NCBI GenBank assembly: GCA_963718915.1
Contig: CAVRAI010000015.1
Span: forward strand, 630,001-662,000
Length of the DNA: 32,000 nucleotides
Direction: 5' to 3'
Source of the DNA: an uncultured Chloroflexia bacterium
GTDB taxonomy: Bacteria > Chloroflexota > Ktedonobacteria > Ktedonobacterales > JADMIN01
Made by a program: the position numbers and the translations under genes. The stretch's first letter is position 1. Every line of letters starts with the position of its first letter. Positions 23,295-30,209 of the stretch are shown here, in pieces. The notes beneath the pieces were generated by a model that was not told the origin of the DNA, ran no database searches, and was given only the letters and a program-made list of their open reading frames with translations.

Positions 23295-23319
23295 CAGTGG
23301 TAGCGATGTTAGCGGTTGA

Positions 23320-23348
23320 AGTGTAGCACACGCGCCCGCCTGCCGCAA
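23320..23348 (-). promoter_or_regulatory. Candidate promoter for tRNA-Arg
   Basis: The minus strand reads TTGCGG - 17 nt - TACACT, ending about 25 nt upstream of the mature tRNA 5' end. Confidence 0.3.
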
Positions 23349-23448
23349 GGAAACGCGGTGGAAGAATCCGTGAGGCAACCAGCGCACCCTGGGCATCGTA
23401 GTCTACAATAGCTCCTGTGGACACCAACCGCCAGACATCAGATGTAAC

Positions 23449-24321
23449 ATGCGAAGGATGCTCATGAGCCTACCACCGTACAACCAGCCGCCAGCGGAAA
23501 CATCCGCCGTGCAGGCAACGGCGCCAACGCCCTATCCCACAGCCGCATTTCCGCCGCCGGACGCCGCCATTGCGATGCTCGGCCTGACACGCGCCTTCGG
23601 CAAGAAGGTTGCCGTCAACGGGCTGACGCTGGCCGTCAAACGCGGCGAGTTCTTTGGCTTTCTCGGCCCCAACGGCGCGGGCAAGTCGACCACCATCAAG
23701 ATGCTGGTAGGGCTGCTGCGTCCCTCGGCGGGCAGAGCCTGGGTTGGCGGCGTGGATGTCTGGCGCGACCCCATCCGCGCCAAGCTGCAGATGGGCGTGC
23801 TGCCCGAACAGCTCAATCTCTACGACCGCCTCTCTGGTCGCGAGTTGATCCAGTTCGCCGGGCGGCTCTACAACATGCCGCGCGATGAGGTGGCCCGCCG
23901 GACGGAGTCGCTGCTCAACGTGCTGATGCTGGGCGACGACGCCGATAAACTGGTGATCGACTACTCGGTTGGCATGCGCAAGAAAATCGCGCTGGCGTCG
24001 GCGCTGATCCACCGGCCAGAGGTGCTCTTCCTCGACGAGCCGTTCGAGGGGATTGACCCCGTCAGCTCGCGGGTCATCGCCGACATTCTGCGGGACCTCA
24101 CGAATAGCGGGACGACCATCTTCTTCAGCTCGCATATTCTAGCTGTGGTCGAGAGGCTCTGCACCCGCGTCGGCATCGTCAAGCAGGGACAGCTCATCGC
24201 TGAGGGTACGCTGGCCGACCTGCGGCAACGCGCGGGGGCGAGCGGCGACTCGCTGGAAGACGTCTTCCTCGATCTGGTCGGCGCCAATACCCGCGAGGGA
24301 GGGCTGGAATGGCTGGAATAG
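23449..24321 (+). CDS. ABC transporter ATP-binding protein (ABC-2/drug-exporter type)
   Basis: Motifs: Walker A GPNGAGKST, signature YSVGMRKK, Walker B LFLDEPFEGID. Start is ATG 23449, or 23464 after AGGA. Confidence 0.85.
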   Translation: MRRMLMSLPPYNQPPAETSAVQATAPTPYPTAAFPPPDAAIAMLGLTRAFGKKVAVNGLTLAVKRGEFFGFLGPNGAGKSTTIKMLVGLLRPSAGRAWVGGVDVWRDPIRAKLQMGVLPEQLNLYDRLSGRELIQFAGRLYNMPRDEVARRTESLLNVLMLGDDADKLVIDYSVGMRKKIALASALIHRPEVLFLDEPFEGIDPVSSRVIADILRDLTNSGTTIFFSSHILAVVERLCTRVGIVKQGQLIAEGTLADLRQRAGASGDSLEDVFLDLVGANTREGGLEWLE

Positions 24322-26102
24322 CCACCGCGCCACAGCAGTCCCAGGAGGGCGCGCGCCCGCTGACCCGCCGCTTCGGCCTGCGCTGGGATCACATCCGCAC
24401 GCTGCTCTGGCTCCGCTGGAAGCTGACGGTGCGTGGCTATACCCGCTCGGCGCGGCAGATTGTCAGCTTCATCTTTACCGCCATCTTTCTGCTGGGGCTG
24501 GCGGCGGCGCTCGGCCTCGGTACCACCACGGGTTATCTGCTGCTCGACCGCCCCGACGCGGCGCAACTGCTCTACATCGTGCTGGTTGGCCTCTGGGCCG
24601 CCTGGGCGGCGTTCCCGCTGATGCAATATACCCTGAACGAAGGGCTGGATGTCACCAAGCTCCAGACCTATCCGCTGACCCGCGGCGAGCAGATGGTCAG
24701 CCTGCTGCTTGCGACGCTGCTCGACATGAGCACCATCATCATCCTGGCGCTGCTGGCCGCTGTCATCGTCGGCTGGCATGCCTCGCTGCCCGCCGTACTG
24801 ATAACGGTCGTAGCGCTAGCGCTTGTCTACGTGCTGATCGTCACCACCAGCCAGTTGTTGCTGGCCGCGCTGATGGGCATTCTGCGCAGCCGCCGCTTCC
24901 GCGACCTGATGGTGGTCTTTTTCGCGCTCTTCGGCGTCTCCTGCGCGCTCATCAATCAGTTTGTCAGTCGCGCGATGATCGGCTTCCGTCCTGGCGACTT
25001 CGCCTCGTGGCATCTGGAACGCTATCTCCAGTGGTTCCCGACGGGCTTCGGCGCGCGGGCGATCATCCTGGCCGATCAGGGTAGCTACGTGGCGGCCCTG
25101 CCATGGCTCGGCGCCATGCTGGCGCTGGTGGTGGTGATGATTGTCGTCTGGGCCTGGGTGCTGGAGCGTGGTATCACCACGGCGGAGTCGGCGGGCGCTG
25201 GTGTGCGTCGTCGCTCGCGTCGCGGGCGGGCAGGTGTCGCGGTTGCTGGAGGCAACGGTGGTGTCGCGGTAGCTGGAGCGGCTGCTGGGGCAGGTTCGGG
25301 GCGTAGTGGCTGGGGGCCGTTCTCAGGGCCAGCGCTGGCCATCGCCGATAAAGACCGCCGCTACTTCTGGCGCGACCCGCAGATCAAGGCGTCGCTGGTC
25401 AGCACGCTCGTCCTGCTGATCTTCGTCTTGCTTCCCAGCATCTTTGGTGGGCGGCGCATGGAATTGACTAGCCCCGACGGCGGGTTAGGTATCCCGATTG
25501 CGCCGTGGCAGGTCTTCATCGCGCCGCTGCCATCGCTGCTCATCACGCTCAATCTGGCCCAGAATGCGTTTGGGCTGGAACGTGAGGGCTTGCAGACGCT
25601 TTTCCTCTTTCCGGTCAAGCCGCTGGATATTCTCAGAGGGAAGAATCTCGCGGTCGCGGTTGTGGCAGGGAGCGTCTCGGTGCTGATGACGGTGCTGATC
25701 GCGGCGCTGGGTGGCGCGTGGTCGAATGTGCCGATGGCGCTAGGCTATGCCGTCGCGGCGATTCTGGTGCTGTTGGGCTGCGGCAATCTGATCTCGGTCT
25801 TCGTTCCAATGCGTGTCCGGCGGATGCGTATGGGCCAGGGCAACTTCGCGGCGTCGGGAAATGGCTGCCTGCGCACGCTGCTGATGGGGTTCGCGACCAT
25901 GGCAACCTATGCGCTGCTCGCCCCGGTCGCGGCGGCGCTGCTGCTGCCGCTGATTCTGTCTCACCCGGAATGGCTGGTCGTCACCCTGCCCGCGTCCGTG
26001 CTCTACGCCGTCATATTCTACGAGGTGGTCACTCGAATCGCTGCGTCGCAACTGCTCGCGCGCGCGCCTGATATTCTCAAAGCGACAGTGCCCGACAATT
26101 GA
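24309..26102 (+). CDS. ABC-2-type transporter permease, large, with a Gly/Ala/Arg-rich insertion
   Basis: The start overlaps the ATPase stop (ATGGCTGGAATAG), which suggests translational coupling. Hydrophobic helices flank a hydrophilic loop GVRRRSRRGRAGVAVAGGNGGVAVAGAAAGAGSGRSGWG. Confidence 0.7.
   Translation: MAGIATAPQQSQEGARPLTRRFGLRWDHIRTLLWLRWKLTVRGYTRSARQIVSFIFTAIFLLGLAAALGLGTTTGYLLLDRPDAAQLLYIVLVGLWAAWAAFPLMQYTLNEGLDVTKLQTYPLTRGEQMVSLLLATLLDMSTIIILALLAAVIVGWHASLPAVLITVVALALVYVLIVTTSQLLLAALMGILRSRRFRDLMVVFFALFGVSCALINQFVSRAMIGFRPGDFASWHLERYLQWFPTGFGARAIILADQGSYVAALPWLGAMLALVVVMIVVWAWVLERGITTAESAGAGVRRRSRRGRAGVAVAGGNGGVAVAGAAAGAGSGRSGWGPFSGPALAIADKDRRYFWRDPQIKASLVSTLVLLIFVLLPSIFGGRRMELTSPDGGLGIPIAPWQVFIAPLPSLLITLNLAQNAFGLEREGLQTLFLFPVKPLDILRGKNLAVAVVAGSVSVLMTVLIAALGGAWSNVPMALGYAVAAILVLLGCGNLISVFVPMRVRRMRMGQGNFAASGNGCLRTLLMGFATMATYALLAPVAAALLLPLILSHPEWLVVTLPASVLYAVIFYEVVTRIAASQLLARAPDILKATVPDN
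25233..25278. repeat. In-frame 27-nt-offset duplication inside the permease loop
   Basis: GGTGTCGCGGTTGCTGGAG (25233-25251) and GGTGTCGCGGTAGCTGGAG (25260-25278). Both encode GVAVAG. Confidence 0.8.
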
Positions 26103-26153
26103 TATATCGGATGGGTGTGATATAGGCGCGTCGGTGTGATGAAGGGTGGCGCG

Positions 26154-26885
26154 ATGATTGGCTGGGCCGGGCTGGCGGGCGCGTTTCTCGCGGGGCTGCT
26201 CTCGTTCGTCTCACCGTGTGTGCTGCCGCTGACGCCCATCTACATCGCGCAACTGGTCGGGCCGAGCGTCTGGCAGCTTGCAACGGTTGAGCGGGCCGAG
26301 CGCCTGCGCATCCGCCGGATCGCCTTTGCCACGGCGCTGGCTTTTGTCGGCGGCTTCTCGCTGGCCTTCATCGCGCTCGGTGCGACCGCCAGCGAGCTGG
26401 GCAACCTGCTTGTCGCTCACTCGGCGCTACTGCGGCAGGTCGGCGGTTTCGTGTTGATCGCGCTGGGCCTCTATGTCACCGGGCTGTTGCCACTGCCCTG
26501 GCTCGACCGCACCGGGCGCATTCCGCTGCGTATGGGCAAGCCGGGATACGCTACATCATTCGTCGTGGGCGTCATCTTTGCCCTCGGCTGGACACCCTGC
26601 GTTGGGCCGATTCTCGCTGGGATTCTGGCGCTGGCAGCGCAGGGCGGCACGTTGCGCGCGGGCGTGCTGCTCCTCGCGGTCTATTCGTTGGGGCTGAGCC
26701 TGCCGTTTCTCGCGCTGGGCCTCGCCTTCGACCGTCTGACGCCGCTGCTGGCCCGGCTCCGGCGCTGGTCGCGGCTCATCGAAGCGCTAACCGGGCTATT
26801 GCTGGTCGTCATGGGTGTTATGATTCTCATGAACTGGCTGTTAGTCGTGAACTCGTGGATTCCCGTGCCCTCGTGGCTGGTGTGA
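26154..26885 (+). CDS. ccdA: Cytochrome c biogenesis / thiol-disulfide electron transfer protein CcdA (DsbD family)
   Basis: LLSFVSPCVLPLTPIY and a second conserved region FALGWTPCVGPILAGIL. Six TM helices. The ORF opens at 26136; ATG 26154 has the better RBS spacing. Confidence 0.8.
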   Translation: MIGWAGLAGAFLAGLLSFVSPCVLPLTPIYIAQLVGPSVWQLATVERAERLRIRRIAFATALAFVGGFSLAFIALGATASELGNLLVAHSALLRQVGGFVLIALGLYVTGLLPLPWLDRTGRIPLRMGKPGYATSFVVGVIFALGWTPCVGPILAGILALAAQGGTLRAGVLLLAVYSLGLSLPFLALGLAFDRLTPLLARLRRWSRLIEALTGLLLVVMGVMILMNWLLVVNSWIPVPSWLV

Positions 26886-26895
26886 GGAGTGTGGA

Positions 26896-27717
26896 ATGAG
26901 TATTGCCCCTGCGCGAGCGGAGCGTATGGCGAGGGGTGGGCCGCCGTGGTGGCTGCTGGCGGGGCTGCTGGCAGGCTACGCGCTGGCGCTGGTAGGGCTG
27001 GCGGTCTTTCCAGGGGCAACGCTGATCGAGCGGTTGCGCGCCCTCGACGGCGGTATCTGCGCGCAACTGCCCGGCCACTCGTTCTTCCCCGGCGGTGAGC
27101 AGCTACCCCTCTGCGCGCGTAATACGGGCATCTATCTCGGCTTCGCCACGACTTTCCTCTACCTGGCGGCGTCTCGTCGGCTGCGTGTCTCGCGCCTGCC
27201 GCGCCTGTCGGTGATGATCGTGCTGGGGCTGGCCGTCCTGCTGATGGCCGTCGATGGCTTCAACTCACTCTTCCTCGACCTGGGCCTGCCGCATCTCTAC
27301 CAGCCAGAGAACTGGCTGCGCCTGCTGTCCGGTCTCGGCGCGGGGACGGCGATGGCGGCGATCATCATTCCGACGGCCAGTGGGCTGATCTGGCGCGCGG
27401 ACGATCCACGGTCGTCATTCGACTCATTGGGCGAGCTGGCGCTGATGCTGCCACTGCTCACCATCGATTTTTTCGTGGTCATCTCGATTGCGCCGATCAT
27501 TCTCTATCCAGTAGCGATAGTGAGTTCGGCGGGGCTGGTGATCGCGCTCACGCTGGTGAACCTGGTCTTTGCGCTCGGCCTCACCAACCAGCTTGGGCGG
27601 TTCAATACCTGGCGTCAGCTCTTCCCATTGTTCAGTGGACTGGTGGTGCTTGCCGTCGTGGAATTGATGGCGCTTTTCCTGCTGAAGTCCTCGGTGATGC
27701 ACGCGCTGATGACCTGA
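26896..27717 (+). CDS. DUF2085-family membrane protein
   Basis: ATG follows GAGGAG. GGICAQLPGHSF ... LPLCARNTGIYLGF resembles the DUF2085 signature C-H-Q-x-P-x-R-S-F ... C-A-R-C-x-G-I-Y. Polytopic. Confidence 0.6.
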   Translation: MSIAPARAERMARGGPPWWLLAGLLAGYALALVGLAVFPGATLIERLRALDGGICAQLPGHSFFPGGEQLPLCARNTGIYLGFATTFLYLAASRRLRVSRLPRLSVMIVLGLAVLLMAVDGFNSLFLDLGLPHLYQPENWLRLLSGLGAGTAMAAIIIPTASGLIWRADDPRSSFDSLGELALMLPLLTIDFFVVISIAPIILYPVAIVSSAGLVIALTLVNLVFALGLTNQLGRFNTWRQLFPLFSGLVVLAVVELMALFLLKSSVMHALMT

Positions 27718-27765
27718 TCAATCCGCCCTCTTCCCACAACTCTTCGGGGATACGTAAGATGGCGC

Positions 27766-27794
27766 TTGCCCTGGGTAGCTTCACGGGCTATACT
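27766..27794 (+). promoter_or_regulatory. Sigma-70-like promoter for the 27863 gene
   Basis: TTGCCC (27766-27771) - 17 nt - TATACT (27789-27794). Confidence 0.4.
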
Positions 27795-27862
27795 ACGTAC
27801 CAGGGTGCAGGCAGTGGCCAGTCGCAGTCGGCCCGCGAATGGCTGCTACGGGAGGTATCGCT

Positions 27863-28336
27863 ATGCCTGATAAGTATATGCGAGAAATCGAAGAGATCCT
27901 GCGCAACCTCGAGGGTACTGAGTCTCAGCAGGACCTCGGGGAACGCATCCGCCCGTTCAAACGCCCCGCAACGCGCCGTCCGCGTGGCCCTCGCGTCTCG
28001 TGGATCCCTCGCCTTGAATTACCAGTCACCCTGATGCTGGTGGGCATTGCGCTGGCGCTCGTGGGCGCTGGGCTGGCCTTTTACCAACTCGAAGCAACGC
28101 TGGTCAGTGGTCTTATTGGACTCGGCGGCTTCCTGCTCTTTGTAGCGGGCGTCGCGTTTGGCTGGTGGGCGCGGTTTCGCGGCGTGAGTGTTCCCACGCG
28201 CCGTGTGCGTCGTTCGCCCAGCTCCGATAATGTGGTACGGATCAGGCCCGTTCGCTCGAACCCACTCTCCCGGCTGACCACCAGTCTCCGCATGCGCCAG
28301 ATGCGGCGACGCTACCGCAACACCACCGACCGCTGA
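27863..28336 (+). CDS. Hypothetical membrane protein (two adjacent TM helices, basic tail)
   Basis: ATG 27863 is 6 nt after GGGAGG. MPDKYMREIEEILRNLEG ... LMLVGIALALVGAGLAFY / LIGLGGFLLFVAGVAFGWW. Confidence 0.5.
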   Translation: MPDKYMREIEEILRNLEGTESQQDLGERIRPFKRPATRRPRGPRVSWIPRLELPVTLMLVGIALALVGAGLAFYQLEATLVSGLIGLGGFLLFVAGVAFGWWARFRGVSVPTRRVRRSPSSDNVVRIRPVRSNPLSRLTTSLRMRQMRRRYRNTTDR

Positions 28337-28431
28337 TCTGTCTCCTCTCGTTTGATGTGCATTGAGTATCGTGATGCCACTCGGGTAGAACCAGGATACG
28401 CGGTTGACTTGTTTTTGGTGAGGAGTAGCAA

Positions 28432-28854
28432 GTGCATTGGGACTTCGGCTGGACAATCTTCTTTGGCATCGCCGCAGCTGTTGTACTGGTCTTCTGGGGT
28501 CGTCAGTTAGTGCTTAGCATACTGGCGATCTATCGCGCTCAACGATATGGCGATCCGAGTGAGCCCAGAAAATACCAAATCGGGAAGCGCCTGGTGTCCA
28601 TAGCCACGGCAAACGCTATGTTATCAGTGTTCCTTGTAGATTCGCTGTCTCTCCTGTTTCTAGAAGTTTTGGCAGTGCCTATTCCTCCCTGGTTTTGGAT
28701 AGTTACCATCATATTGATCTGCCTCACATCTGTTTCGTTTTGCGTTGGTTTTGCATTCATACTCCCCGGTGAAATCGCAAATATGCGCCGCGAGGCACGA
28801 GAAGCGCGTGAGAGTGGTGAAGGTTTCTGGATCGGCCGTCACAGCGATAGTTGA
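28432..28854 (+). CDS. Hypothetical membrane protein (about 4 TM), lower G+C
   Basis: GTG start follows GGTGAGGAG. Hydrophobic segments: TIFFGIAAAVVLVFW, LVSIATANAMLSVFLV, FWIVTIILICLTSVSFCVGFAFIL. Confidence 0.5.
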   Translation: MHWDFGWTIFFGIAAAVVLVFWGRQLVLSILAIYRAQRYGDPSEPRKYQIGKRLVSIATANAMLSVFLVDSLSLLFLEVLAVPIPPWFWIVTIILICLTSVSFCVGFAFILPGEIANMRREAREARESGEGFWIGRHSDS

Positions 28855-29101
28855 TCCCAGCTTCGCCATATGTATTGTCAAAGATTGGAAGGCATACCCC
28901 TTCATAGCCAATGTACACGGGCTACACGAGCCGTTGTTGCAGGCCTGGTGGAATGGCCGCTGGTAGCCATGCGCCAGCGATGAAGTTTGATGAGATGCGA
29001 AGTGACGCCGGGCGGAATCGGAGCAACCCCATCAATGCGCAATCCTTGTCGGCGGTATAGACCAACCCCCACTCATGTGTAGAGCGGGGATTGGCGGCAT
29101 C

Positions 29102-29845
29102 TCAAAGACACTCGGGATCATTTGCGTTGGGGATAAACATCCCGTTCGTTTGGCGCGGACGCCTCGCCTGCGTCAAGCGGTAGCCCGCGCCATCACTGTC
29201 GTCGGCAAGTGTTTCTTGCCAGCGAGCGCGATGAATCGCCAATCGCGCCACGTCATGATACTGGCAGCCCGCACGTCGTTCTTCTCTGAGTATTCCCTCT
29301 ATCCGAAAGCCCCAGTTAGATGCAAGTTGAATCGTGCCCCTTTGCTCAAGCAGCGGCTCGGCAAAGACTTTGTGCATTCCAAGCCAGCCGAAGAGGAAGT
29401 CGAGAAAGAGAATGCCTGCCTCTGCGCCCGCGCCATAGCATCGCGCTTCAGGGATGACATAGACATGCATACGGCAGCGTTGGTGCGTGGTTGACAACTG
29501 ATCACCGTAGGCCCAGCCGATCATCCGGCCAGAGTGCAACCCTTCAACAATCATGTGTGGCTCGCCTGCTGCAAGTGAGCCATGCAACTGCCGGGCGAAC
29601 GTCTTGAGACCCTCGACTCGGGAATCCTCGCGCCACAGCGAGACTTCGTGTGTATCTGTTGCCCAGACGTGCAGTTGTACCTTGTCACCTTGTTCGAGTG
29701 GGCGTAGGCGCACATGCGCGCCTTGAAGTTCAGGGAGCGTGTTCGAGGTGGAGTCGCTGGATCCGCATCTTCCGGATAACTGATTGTTCCATTGCCAGAT
29801 ATGCTGGCTGTGCCAGCGTTCATTTTCGCCCTCATCTGCCACCAT
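29102..29845 (-). CDS. GNAT-family acetyltransferase (RimJ/RimL-like)
   Basis: VRLRPLEQGD ... IGWAYG ... MHVYVIPEARCYGAGAEA ... LGMHKVFAEPLLEQRGTIQLASNWGFRIEGILRE. The start is uncertain; ATG 29845 is chosen. The upstream 95 codons of the track ORF do not look protein-like. Confidence 0.6.
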   Translation of the reverse strand: MVADEGENERWHSQHIWQWNNQLSGRCGSSDSTSNTLPELQGAHVRLRPLEQGDKVQLHVWATDTHEVSLWREDSRVEGLKTFARQLHGSLAAGEPHMIVEGLHSGRMIGWAYGDQLSTTHQRCRMHVYVIPEARCYGAGAEAGILFLDFLFGWLGMHKVFAEPLLEQRGTIQLASNWGFRIEGILREERRAGCQYHDVARLAIHRARWQETLADDSDGAGYRLTQARRPRQTNGMFIPNANDPECL

Positions 29846-30209
29846 GTTACTACCCTTGCCGTTCTCGTGAGCTGCGCCGCACATAAAAGAGCGCGCGCCT
29901 GTCCAGATGTCGTGATCCGCGGATGTCCGGGCATTCCCTGCCCTCATGCTCAGGATACCGACAGACGGAGTGCATTCCAGGTTCGACAGCGCCATTTCGC
30001 GAGGAAAAGCGGCAAATGTACTATGAAAAGCAGCAAATTCCCCAGCGCTGACGAGAAACGGTATCACGCTTGATTTCCGAGCTGTTTGTATGCCAAAAAT
30101 ACAGTGGCACAAGCTTTCAAAAAGAGGCAATTCTGGCGTCCGGGCATTTTCTCGCTATGCTCTAGCCGCACGCTGTTCTCCATCCGTAGCAGGACTGGTA
30201 AGGCGAATA

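Noticed and set aside
23035-23427. ORFs 23035-23283 (+), 23131-23427 (-), 23138-23326 (+) and 23181-23396 (-)
   Set aside because: All overlap the well-folded tRNA-Arg gene and its flanks, and have no coding signal.
23470-24779. Minus-strand ORFs 23470-24135 and 23961-24779 across the ABC ATPase/permease junction
   Set aside because: They are antisense to an ORF with Walker A, signature and Walker B motifs. The composition is a low-complexity Arg/Gln/Glu artefact.
29925-30148. 11-mer GTCCGGGCATT present twice (29925-29935 and 30138-30148) in the divergent region between the GNAT and the TolB-like gene
   Set aside because: Over a hundred repeated 11-mer pairs are expected by chance somewhere in a 32-kb window, so this is not significant.
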